Position numbers and translations under genes: made by a program. The notes below the pieces were generated by a model. It had not been told where the DNA came from. It did not search any database and saw nothing but the letters and a program-made list of their open reading frames with translations. DNA of 61,929 bases, the filler included. It is 8 parts of 8 records of this genome, joined end to end, with 100 filler letters (N's around TTAATTAATTAA, not from the genome) between each part and the next. Parts side by side here need not be neighbours in the genome. Positions count along the whole stretch, not along the records: positions 22,234 to 26,012 come from SRR7504441_6204; positions 26,113 to 29,397 come from SRR7504441_6205; positions 29,498 to 37,639 come from SRR7504441_6208; 5 more parts are not named here. One strand, written 5' to 3'. Of the stretch, positions 22,298 through 32,694 are shown one piece after another; the stretch's first letter is position 1, and every line of letters begins with the position of its first letter.

Positions 22298-25200
22298 ATG
22301 GACGGGCGGGTCTGGTTGCTCCTCGTGGCGGGGACGGCGGCCCAGTACGCGCTGCTCGGGGATGGCGGGAGCCAGTCGCTCGGTTCGGCCGCGGGGGTGC
22401 GCTGGAGCGTGACCAACGGCAGCCTCACCGTGCCGGCATCGGTGCCCGGGGCGGTCCACTTGGATCTTGAGCAAGCCGGTGTGATCAACGACACGTACTA
22501 CAGGCTCAACCAGCAGGCCAACAGCTGGGTGCGGCAGAGCTCGTGGCGATACGAGACCTCTTTCGAGCTGAGCCCCGACCTCGCCTCGGCCGCCAGGCTG
22601 TGGCTGGTCATGGACGGGTTGGACACGCTCGCTACAGTCCTCTGGGACCACCCGCCGCCCGCGGCCGAACCCACGCAGTGCTTCGAGCTGTTTGCCCGGA
22701 CCTTGCCCGTCCCGCGTACACCGTTCGCCCGGACACTCACAGCCGACCTCGCACAGTGCTCCTGGGCCTGCGTCGCCGACCCAGAATGCACCGGGTTTTC
22801 GACAGCGCACCAGGGCCAGCCAGGCGTGTGCTGGCTCTACCACTACCCTGCCGGGGCTCACACTAGCAACGGCACCGGGTTCAACGACGGTGACTGGCAC
22901 GCTCGGGTCTCGGGCCGAGCTGGGTGCGAGGCACTGCCTCTGCTTGAGGCCGGCGATCAGTTTCAGCGGTACGCGGTGCCGGTGTCGGGAGGCGCTGGCC
23001 GGCACAATCTGACGGTGCAGTTTCAGTCCGTTGACGGGCTGAGCACGGGAGGTGCCAAGTGGGCGCCGGTGAGGAAGGAGCCTTCGAATTATGGGTACGA
23101 CTGGGCTCCTGTCACAGAGACTCAAGGGATCTGGTAATTTGCTTATTATTAATGTGAAGGCGTTAAGTTAGTCAGTTGCCTGAATAGGAAGGTGTGAGCT
23201 ATGTCATTGCCTGATTAGGAAGGTGCAGGTTGCCGGTGTATTTAGTGGCTCAACGGGAGCTGGTGATGCTGGATATGATGGTCACAGTGCTTAGCCAGCC
23301 GACCGACCCTCCCGCCATGCTCCAGCCCGACACGGCCGAGTGGAGCGTCACGGTGCGGTGCAGGTGATTTCCTCACTAGGATTGCGTTAAGCTATGCTAT
23401 TGCCTGATTAGGGAGGTGCAGGGTGAATCTGGTGAATCCGGGCTCTGTGCGCTTTGAGGTCCATGGCAACTGGTCGCTCAGCCCCGTCGGCAAGCTCCTG
23501 GCGCTCCCTGCAGGCGTCTCGGAGATATCCCAGCAACTCTCTGTCCGAGACGTCCAGCTGTGGTGGCCGGCCGGCAGCGGGGCTCAGGCCTTGTACACCG
23601 TCACAGCCTCGGCCACCGCCAGCCGGTCCAACACCCCTGTGACAGCGTCCCGATCGGTTGGGTTTCGAACCTTCAACATCCACGCCTCGCCTGGCAACTC
23701 CTCCCACCCGCCGGTACAGGACTATCGTGTTAATGGGCTGACGATCTTCGCAAAAGGTGCTGACTGACTGGGTTCCCGCGAGACAGTTGCCTGATTAGGA
23801 ATGTGTTAAGCTATGCATTTGCCTAATTAAGAAGATGTTAAGCTAGGCAGTTGCCTGATTAGGAAGGTGCTGGTCATCAGGTGCCGACTGGGTCCCGCCT
23901 GACAGTTTTGAGTCGAGGGTATCCGAGACGTCGCTGTGTGGCTTGCTCAGCTCGGTGCGAGAAGCCAACATGAACTTTCTGCGGATCTGGGGCGGCGGAA
24001 TATTCCCACAGGTGATTTTCTCATTGAGAACGTTTTAAGCTATGCATTTGCCTAATAAGAAGGTGCAGGACTCGTTCTTCGAATGCGCCGACAGGCTCGG
24101 TATCATGCTCGAACAAGACCAAATATTCTCGGACAGCATCTACCCCACCGATCCTAAGTTCCTGAGCCGAGTCGCCGCAGAGGTACAGTATCAGGTCCGC
24201 AGGCTGGCCAGCCACCCGTCGCTTTTCCTCTGGTCTGGGTCGAACGAGGAGTACCCTTCCACACCCGGTGGCTGGTGGGATCGCGTGTTCCTGGAGACTG
24301 TCTTCCCAAACCTCACACAGGCGATTTCCTTATTAGGAAGGCGTTAAGCTAGGCCGTTGCCTAATTAGTAAGGCGCAGATCGATAGCTCCCGCCCGGTCT
24401 GGGCAGCATGCCCGGCCTTGCCATGGGTCACTGGAGTCGACAGCGGTGGTCTGCCCAACGGAGACCCTTTCACAGTGTCGGCACAAGCCCGACAGCACTA
24501 CCCTACGCCACCTGCCGAGGCGCATCAATAGTGCGCATGGCTGCTGACTGAGTTGAGTGAGCTGTGCTTGTGCAGTTGGTTTGATATGTGCGCCGAGCTC
24601 TCAGCGTGCAAGGTGATTCCCTTATCAGGCAGGTGTTAAGCTAGACAGTTGCCTGATGCCGTTGCCTGAGCTCAGCGTGCCAGAATTGCGTCGACGATAG
24701 CTTCTACGCCACCACTGTTTTCGCCTCAGAGTTTGGGTGGGTCGGCATGCCCAGCCTCGAGTCCCTGGCTCCCGTACTCGGCACCCCAGAGCAGGACTAC
24801 TCACTGCTCTCACCGGCCATGCAGGTGATACCTGATTAGGAAGGTGTTAAGCTATGTCATTGCCTGATTAGGAAGTTTCAGGCTCGCGAGAACACGATTT
24901 TCCACCAGCAGAAGCTGTTCAACATGGTTCTGTGGAACTTTGGCCCACTTGCGATCCCTCATCTCAACCAGAGCACCGTCGACAGCTTCAGACGGGTTAT
25001 ACACATGTCAATGGTCGCCCAGGCTGACTGCCTCAGGGCCGAGTCAGAACACTACCGTCGGGGCCGTGACACAGCCGCTAGGACGGCGGGCTCGTTGTAC
25101 TGGATGCTGGACGACAACTGGCCCGCGCCTTCATGGACCTCTCTAGAATATGGAGGCCGGCGCAAGCTGCTGCACTATGAAGCTAAGAGGTTCTACAGCC

Positions 25201-25886
25201 CGGTGGCCATGAATTCTTATTGCATGCCTTCGATTCAGAACTGCTCCGCGGTCAAAATCCATGTCGGCTCTGATCTGATAAAGCCCATCTCAGCCCGACT
25301 GACTGTCAGACTCACCCAGTGGTCTGACGCCAAATCGAGCGTGGCTTTGACAAGTGATCTGAAGCTAGCGTCACAAGGTGGGGCCAGCGTCCTCGTGAGC
25401 GCTGCCTCGCTGCAGGCTGGCCTCAAGGCTGCCGGCTGTGACTCAACTGCCGAGTGTTTCCTGACCAGCGCCTTAGCGCAGCCGAGCTCCAACCAGCCGC
25501 TGGCCCCTGACAACTACCAGTGGTGAGCTCGCTAGCTGCTAGCGGCCTAACACCCTGCACCCAGGCTTACCTTGTGGCGCGATGCCCGGCTGGCGGAGGC
25601 CACTTTTAGGATCGAAGCAAGTCCCGGCGAGGAGCCGGGCAGCGTGGTGGTGAGAATCACATCGGACCGGGTGGCGCCGTTGGTGATGGTCCACTGCTCC
25701 GAGCCAACTGACTTTGGTTGGTTTGATGACAACGGATTGCTTATGCTACCGAATGTCTCACAAACAATCCTCTACACACCGCGACCAGGCCCGTATCTGC
25801 CTTTCCGACCGTGCACTGCCGATCCAAGCAGCTTTTATGCGGTCTCGGCTTCAGGGTACACAATTGGCACCAACTCAAAGCGCTAG
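22298..25886 (+). CDS. Secreted GH2 beta-mannosidase with inserted PAN/apple-like module; 10 exons
   Basis: VPGAVHLDL, DGLDTLATV, RKEPSNYGYDWAP, KGADWVPPDSF, NMNFLRIWGGG, HPSLFLWSGSNE (acid/base), FASEFG (nucleophile), GSLYWMLDDNWPAPSWTSLEY. Introns 23134-23228, 23364-23421, 23757-23880, 24012-24068, 24321-24378, 24531-24575, 24613-24683, 24825-24881, 25523-25564 restore one frame. Confidence 0.92.
23134..23228 (+). mobile_element. Introner-like repeated intron, copy 1 (extra repeat unit)
   Basis: GT...GCGTTAAG...TTGCCTGAATAGGAAGG...TTGCCTGATTAGGAAGGTGCAG. Confidence 0.7.
23364..23421 (+). mobile_element. Introner-like repeated intron, copy 2
   Basis: GTGATTTCCTCACTAGGATTGCGTTAAGCTATGCTATTGCCTGATTAGGGAGGTGCAG. 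Confidence 0.75.
23757..23880 (+). mobile_element. Introner-like repeated intron, copy 3 (exon duplicate + 3 repeat cores)
   Basis: 5' part copies the downstream exon; then three TTGCCT(G/A)ATTA(G/A)GAA cores. Confidence 0.7.
24012..24068 (+). mobile_element. Introner-like repeated intron, copy 4
   Basis: GTGATTTTCTCATTGAGAACGTTTTAAGCTATGCATTTGCCTAATAAGAAGGTGCAG. Confidence 0.75.
24321..24378 (+). mobile_element. Introner-like repeated intron, copy 5 (GC donor)
   Basis: GCGATTTCCTTATTAGGAAGGCGTTAAGCTAGGCCGTTGCCTAATTAGTAAGGCGCAG. Confidence 0.75.
24613..24683 (+). mobile_element. Introner-like repeated intron, copy 6 (3' end replaced by upstream-exon duplicate)
   Basis: GTGATTCCCTTATCAGGCAGGTGTTAAGCTAGACAGTTGCCTGA...GAGCTCAGCGTGCCAG. 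Confidence 0.7.
24825..24881 (+). mobile_element. Introner-like repeated intron, copy 7
   Basis: GTGATACCTGATTAGGAAGGTGTTAAGCTATGTCATTGCCTGATTAGGAAGTTTCAG. Confidence 0.75.
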
Positions 25887-26012
25887 CGTCAAGCGATGGT
25901 GCCAGGGTGATGCCGCGAGCGCCTGCGAAAGCTGAACTTTTTTATATACGATGATGCTTTAACACTCTACAGTAACATACACACAGTTCGGACAGGTTTC
26001 GGACAGGGTTGC

Positions 26013-26112
26013 NNNNNNNNNNNNNNNNNNNNNNNNNNNNNNNNNNNNNNNNNNNNTTAATTAATTAANNNNNNNNNNNNNNNNNNNNNNNNNNNNNNNN
26101 NNNNNNNNNNNN
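26013..26112. other. Artificial contig linker
   Basis: 44 N + TTAATTAATTAA + 44 N. Confidence 0.99.
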
Positions 26113-26142
26113 CTCAGGGGATTGTAATGCTATTTAAACTGT
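26113..26142 (+). repeat. Left copy of 30-bp perfect inverted repeat at contig ends
   Basis: CTCAGGGGATTGTAATGCTATTTAAACTGT is the reverse complement of 29368-29397. Confidence 0.95.
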
Positions 26143-26371
26143 CCTGGTGAGGGCTCGGACTCGTCAACCAAGTATAAGCTACAATTAAAATACAATGTCA
26201 AAAGCTATTGATTAATAGGCCAAGCCTACAAGGATCTCGAATCAACGCTCGGTTGGAGCCACAGTCGCCACCTGGCCTATAGTTAGTTAATTATCTGCGG
26301 CCAACTTCCTCGCGACCTCAGGGCTGCTGTGGATCGCGAGCAGCAATGTCCTATATCACTGCTCAGTCGCA

Positions 26372-28110
26372 CTAGGCATGCATGAGGCGGCAGACCTGTG
26401 CGCCATCAAATCTCCACTCACCCTTGTCACAATCACCTGCCGCCAGGCTCTGCCACCCAACCGCCCCGCCCCACCGCGCTCTTGGCCACCGCCTCGCTTT
26501 GCGCCTGCCCGGCCGCTCAGCTGATCGCAGGCTGAGCCTTACATCATCCGGGTTCAGTGCAATCGCTACCCCCACGCTGCACACCGCTGCCTGCTGAACC
26601 AGCCCTGCCCTCCGATCGATCGGCCCCAGCACTGCTGTCACCGGTTATCTCGAGTTGATCCGAGTCCACAGAGCAGCGGATCTCGGCCGTTTGGTCCAGC
26701 AGCGGCAGCCCGCGTTGGGCAGCAGTTGCCACCACATGCAGCGCCTCCTCCGGTGGCACGCACAAGCTGCAACGGCGCTCAATCCAGCCTCAGCCGCTCG
26801 GCACCGAATGTACGCCGACTGCCCGGGGAGCTTGAAATGGAACCCACGTGGCCGGCCAGACGGCTGCGGCAGCTGCAAAAGCCCTGGACGCGATCCACTG
26901 CGTTCGCGCGTGACCAGCACCAGCTCGAGCGGCGCAGGGCCCAGCACCGGCCGGGAGCGTTCCAGCCTGGCCCAGGCTCGGCCGGGCGTAGAGATTGGCT
27001 GGGACCGTTCGAGCCGGGCCAGGATCTGCTCAATCACCGGATCGGGCGACTTTGGCACCACGTCGCACTCTTCAGGGCTCACCACAGCCTCTGGTGTAGT
27101 GACCGCCCCAGGCTCGCACCTGGACAAGCTAAGCTCGGCCGGTCGAGGGCTCACCACTGGCCATGCCGCCAGCAATTCTGCAGCTCGAGTGCAGTTGGTC
27201 TGATCTCCTCGTCTACAGCAAGCATTTGATACAGCACCGCCTCGAGGCCGTTAGAGCCGCTGCCTCAGCTCAGGGGCGGGTGCGGTATGGCTCTACCGCT
27301 CCGGAAAGGTCAATCGATCGGTTGCGAGGTACTCTCGGAACTGTGGACACTGACGTGGGGAGGCGACCTGCAGCCAATGCTGAGCCAACCCTGTGAGTGA
27401 GAAGAGGCACCTGCCAAGGGAAGCAGCCCATGGTCATTACGAACAGACAGATGCCCATGGACCACACGTCGGCGGCCTTGGGGTTGTACTCCAGGTGCTG
27501 GAGCAGCTGGCCGGCATGGTTTGATTAAACAGCCAAGCAGTCACCTGAGGCGCTGCATATCTGGCCGAGCCACATGGGGTGCTCGCTCGCTGACCCTGGG
27601 GCAGCCAGCTTGCCAGCCCGAAGTCTGTGATCTTGAGCACGTCGCCAGGCCCAAGCAGCAAGTTCTCCGGCTTGAGGTCTCTGTGCGCCACCCCAATCGC
27701 GTGGCAGGCGGCCAGGCCCGCCGCCAGCTGGCTCATGTAGTGCAGCGCTTCGTCCTCATCAAACCAGCCGCAGAGCTCGATGCGATCGAACAAGTCGCCC
27801 CGGCACAGCTCCATCGCGATGAACCCGTGGCTGTCTGTCTGCCCGATCTCGATCACCCGCACCACGTTCGGATGGGCCTGTCCCCCGGCTCGCCCGCGCC
27901 GGCCGGATGGGCCACCAGCTGAATCATCGCCTCCGCCTCCGCCCAGCGCCCGGGAGGCCGCGGCACCAGTTTGACCGCCACCTGCCCCACCGTTGAGCCC
28001 CGACCGGCCTGGGCGGCCGCCTCCCGCCCGCTGCTCAGGTCCACTCCGCCGTAAACCTGGCCGAACTTGCCCCGGCCGATCAGCGCTTCGATCCGCCAGC
28101 TGGCACCCAT
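26372..28110 (-). CDS. CAMK/SNF1-like Ser/Thr protein kinase, multi-exon (3' end uncertain)
   Basis: IGRGKFGQV, VAVK, HPNVV, HRDLKPEN, DFGLA, CGSARYAAPQ, ADVWSMG reconstructed across short introns. Confidence 0.85.
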
Positions 28111-28711
28111 CCCGTCAGGCGCGAGGCAGTCCGGGCGCGGCTCACCGGCCACTTAGGGTTGCTGGAGGGTGCATCGGCGATGAGGTTAGGAGGAGCGCAG
28201 TGGGCGGGAGCTGGGTGACGCCTGCTGGCAGTTCGGTGGCCAGGGCGCCCTTTCATCGCCGTTAAAGCGCGTTGCCATAAATAGCTTTAAAAACGGAAGG
28301 AGGATGACTGTAAGCTTACTCTTAGCGTACATGTAGCAGATCGTCGGATCGTCAGCTCGGGCGCGGAGGCTGCTTTGGGCCCGCGGGCCTAGCATGCTGG
28401 GGCTCGGTCTTCTCCCAGCGCACCGTCAGATCTGGCCCGCGGATTTTTTTACTGCATGTATTAATTGCATGTATTAATTAAACGTCGAGGGTACTCGTAT
28501 TAACTACTGTCAAATCCCATACGCAGTATGCGCTAGACTCTTTGGACAGGTTAGGACAGGTATGTCGTTAGGTCTAGCGCTGTTTGCAAGGTGCTCCAGG
28601 GGTGTACACGGGTCGGACGACTCCAGGGGGTCCCAGCCGAGCTCGTCGAGCGACTCAATGTGGGCCTTGTCCAGGTCGGGCTAAGGTCGGGAAGCCCGAG
28701 GCCAGTACGCG

Positions 28712-29395
28712 CTAGACTCTCTCCCGAGGGCTCTCATAAGTTGAACTTGACCCGCGCGGGGAGTAGGCCGGGATCTTGCGACCGATTTCGTGCAGGCTTA
28801 TCTGCAGCTTAGCCGAGCCCCGATCCTGTTGCAAGTGTTAATCGTGACACGTCGTGATCGCCAGGCTTGCAGCTGCTAAGGTGACGCACCTCGGAGAAGT
28901 GAAATGCTGACGACTCTAGCCCGACAAGCATGTCCTGAGACGTGGCGATGGCAGTCTGGACCTCCGCTCGCAACTTGGTCGATGCGGTTAGCTCGGGGGA
29001 CAATGCGACCGCCCCATAGGCCTGCCCACCAAAGTGAGGTGCTCATCTAGCGTTAGCGGCATGTGCACCTCGCGCTTGGAGCTCCCGAGCGAATCGAGTA
29101 GGATGGAAGTCTCGCCAGCAGCCTGCCACACAGCCCCGAGCATCATTTCCTCGCTGCGAAGCCATGAGATACCTGCGGTACAGCGGGCGATCCGGTCTGA
29201 TCCTTGCGGCGTAGAGCCAGGTTAGTAGACCTGCGACCAACTCAGGCACTCGGTGCTGATTGCTCACCAGAACGAGCTCGCGAGGTCCATTAGCAGGCCA
29301 GAGGCCAGGTACTGTATCTGAGCTGTGATCGTGACAAAGATTCCGAGAACAGCAGAGACCCACAAGAACAGTTTAAATAGCATTACAATCCCCTG
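28712..29395 (-). CDS. Unknown spliced gene with hydrophobic N-terminal segment (possibly 5'-partial)
   Basis: Four GT-AG introns give one frame QGIVMLFKLFLWVSAVLGIFVTITAQ...YESPRERV*; not in the ORF track. Confidence 0.5.
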
Positions 29396-29397
29396 AG
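29368..29397 (-). repeat. Right copy of 30-bp perfect inverted repeat at contig ends
   Basis: ACAGTTTAAATAGCATTACAATCCCCTGAG. Confidence 0.95.
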
Positions 29398-29497
29398 NNN
29401 NNNNNNNNNNNNNNNNNNNNNNNNNNNNNNNNNNNNNNNNNTTAATTAATTAANNNNNNNNNNNNNNNNNNNNNNNNNNNNNNNNNNNNNNNNNNNN
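29398..29497. other. Artificial contig linker
   Basis: 44 N + TTAATTAATTAA + 44 N. Confidence 0.99.
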
Positions 29498-32400
29498 CCC
29501 GTGCCAGTGCGCGTTGCCAAAGTATATTGCTTCCATTGTGCCACATCCATCATCCTTGTCGTCGGTCTCCGAATTGCCGTAGTCAAAGCAGCAAAGACCA
29601 TTGTAGTGCTTCCCGCTCATCACCGCGTAAATGGACTCCGGGTCATTGCCAGTCGGGACTCCTCTAGTCTTGTCGACGTGATAACCAAAGCCTGGATCGA
29701 ACCACATGCCATATACCGGTACACCGTCTCCAACAATGATCTGGTGCTTGGAGGCGTTGACTAGCCTGTGCCCGTTGCGCTTTCCAAGGTGATTCTTCAT
29801 TGGCGATTGGTCAAAGACATGAGAGATTAGACAGTCGCCCCGGGAGCAGAACTCGTCATGCTCCGAGATATTGGCAAACCCGCCAGGGCTGAGCACGCCA
29901 ACTGTGGTCCACGTGCCATCGCCTCGCGTCACGTTGTACAGAGGTCCGTCGTACGCAGCATAAAGTGCACGCACTGTCGAATGAGCAGCAACACATGGGT
30001 TTCCCGCCCTGCCTGTAATGTCACAGGGACCGTCGAGATCTGTAGCTAACCCCCACCAGTTGCTGGTGTCGCCACCGAATGCTGGATCTTTGGGCCATGC
30101 TACCGGTTGGACGACTAGTTGAGATCCAGGATCGTGGCCTGTCCGATGCACTACGACAGTGGCACCAAGCCCCAGAACCCCCAGTTCCCACCAGCCCGAT
30201 CCTAGCTTGGGCGCCGGTTTAATCGGGACAGATGATACTGGGTTGACTATGTCAGTCCACAGAAAAACACTCTGATTCACTTCCGATGGCGCAACAATCG
30301 CGAGCCAGTCTGTGCGATGCGATGTGCGGACTGCTGACACTTTGAATCCACCCTCCGCCACCAGCGAGGCGAACGAGGCATTGCTCCAGCCTGATGGCAT
30401 TGACGGAAAGACTCGGATCGCTGAGAAGGGTCGATCCGGCGCCGAGCGTTGCCAAGACTGGAGCATCATGAACTGGATCGCAAAAGCAGCCCCCAATGGG
30501 GACTCGTTGCAAGGCGCATGCGATGCCTCCCAATACTGCGTGCTCAAGCCGAGATTAAACCAGTTCCCGTTAGCGGCGCTCTTGAACCAGTTCGACAAGT
30601 TTCCGTAGGCTGCGTCAGCTCGACCTGGCAACATGGCTGACATGGCCGAGAACGCCACTCGCGGGAAGCCGTTGGAGATCAGCGGCTCGGGGCGTGCCGC
30701 CCCATTCATCTCGGCGAAGTGGTCCAGGCTCTGAATGGCTAGAGGGTCTGTTGGATCCAGGTTCATCAGAGGAAAGATCGAGAACAAATGAGACCAGTGA
30801 CGATGCCCATGTGCCAATTGAACGCCGTGGCCAATCAATAGTCCGGTGGCATTGTCTGTGGGGTATGGTGCGAGCTTGTCCAGTACATGCTGCCAGCGTG
30901 GGTCCTCTTGGAGGCCCGAAACTGACGCCAAAGAGCGAGAGATTAACTGCAAAGTCCGCAGGCCCCACGTCAGTAGTCCCAAGTCGTAATTGGTGTCTGT
31001 GGCAGTGGCGTACTCAGGCGACTCCGCCTCGGGCAGGTGAAGCTTCCCGTCGGCGCCAACTGTCAAAAGGCGGAGATAGTAGCCAATGGATCGCTTCAAC
31101 GTCGGAACCAGCACTGTTCGCAGCAGCGTGTTTGCCTCCGTGGCGTTGGTCTCGTATCGATATTGCCACCACAGGTTGTGACACACCCAGGCAAGGTCGC
31201 CCAACTGCACGCCCGGTGGCTCCACGGTGCAGTTCTTCAACAGAAATCCGTCGCAAGTGGCCTTCATGTCAAACCCGGTGTTGGCCGCCAAGGCAGCCGA
31301 GTCGTTCTGGTACTGCTCTGGCACAGACGCAATCAGATTTTCCATGTTCCGCCCGACCATCGCCCCGAGCGACCTCCCAAGGTCTGCATGATTTGAGGCG
31401 AGGACCAGCCAGTGGGCCTGCACGCACAGTCAATCAACCTGTAGCAGGAAGGCTTGGTCTTCTAGAGTATTCAACTAGCCCTAACTCGCCATCGGTACAT
31501 TAAGGCACCAGAGCACTAGACGCACCATCTGTACATTAAGGTCCCAGTGGTAGTCAGGCCAGCGCGAGCTCGCCACGTACCAAGGCCCTGCTAGATCGTA
31601 AGCCCAGCAGTTCTCCGGACCGTCGCATCGAGTGGCGGAGCCCACTTTGTAGAGCTGAATGTAATGGAATGCCTCGAAAACCCCGTCGCTCACAGAGAGC
31701 ATCGACCGGCCCCAAAACCTCTCCCAATAAGAACAGTGCTCGGCACCCAGTGCCTGGTCTCCGAGAGCGAGACCCGCACTCAGCTGTGCCTCAGCCAGCT
31801 GGCTCGACGTTGAGTTGCCCGACCGGCCCGCCGGAGCAGCATTCGCCACAGTGAGCAACACTGTACGCCCGCCGCCCCGGCCCTGCCACGCCGTGCTCCA
31901 GCCTGTCTTAGGCCCGGCCGGGAGCGACTGAATGCAAAGCCCAGAGACCTCGGAGTCAGTGGACTTAGCCGGTGTGCAGGACGGGTCAGGGTTGGGGACC
32001 CAGTTCTTGGGCGGCGTCTCTCCGCGGGCCGAGGCTGCCTTGTGCGGCACGAAGCTCAGATTGGCGGCGCACGGGCTGCCGGCGGACAATCCTCCGTCGA
32101 GGTTGAGCGCCACCAATGGCCGCGTGGCGTGGACGTATGCAGCGACTTGGCACTGGGATCCGTCTGTCAGCTCAAAGGTCATCGAGACAGTGGCGTTGGC
32201 CAGGTGGATTCTGCTCCGGCCGGCCGCGATGGCCGACCCGAAACTCAGCGTGAGCGTACCGACCCCGAGCCTGGGCTCATCCAAGTAGCTCTTGTCCACG
32301 TTAAGCCGGCTCCCGGGCAGTCGGACGTCCCACACGTCGGCCCGCCCGACCTCGAGGCTGGCCCGGCTGCCAGTCAGGCCATACAGGTAGATACCGAGCA

Positions 32401-32563
32401 TCCCATTCCCAGCAAACGGGCCGTCTGACCACTGGCTCGGGATCCAGCCGCCACTTTTCCAGGCCCAGACCGGATCCGAACGGGCCAGCTGGTGGTCAGC
32501 GAAGCTCGGGGCCCCGGCATGCGCGCACACTGCCAGCACGAGCAGCCAGCCCGTACAGCGCAT
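29498..32563 (-). CDS. Secreted fusion: GH95-like (alpha-L-fucosidase-type) module + GH54 alpha-L-arabinofuranosidase B catalytic domain; 3'-partial
   Basis: Signal peptide MRCTGWLLVLAVCAHA; GPFAGNGMLG, YHWDLNVQM, ESPEY, HRHWSHLFSIFPL, FASLVAEGGFKVSA; then in frame GPCDI...PCVAAHSTVRALY, CCFDYGNSE, GTMEAIYFG (GH54). Intron 31418-31525. Confidence 0.85.
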
Positions 32564-32694
32564 CACTACTGAGGGGCTCAAAATAATGCCGTTATCAACG
32601 GACGGAAGATCCATCTTGTTGGTCCATTCTGCAGACGCGGTGACAAGCCGAGGGCCCAGGCCGGCGGCGAGGCTTGCGAGAAGCCGTCGTCTGG

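Noticed and set aside
23757-23770. In-frame TGA after KGAD (and TAG at 24529-24531) suggesting readthrough, recoding or a pseudogene
   Set aside because: Both stops disappear on splicing introns 23757-23880 and 24531-24575
23134-24881. Repeated ~57-nt sequences separated by unique DNA, resembling a CRISPR array
   Set aside because: Spacers are irregular, long and are coding exons of a GH2 gene; repeats have splice sites; no cas genes; eukaryotic context
454-32563. PUL-like CAZyme cluster
   Set aside because: CAZymes are spread over three contigs and interleaved with unrelated genes; intron-containing eukaryotic genes, no transporter/regulator pair
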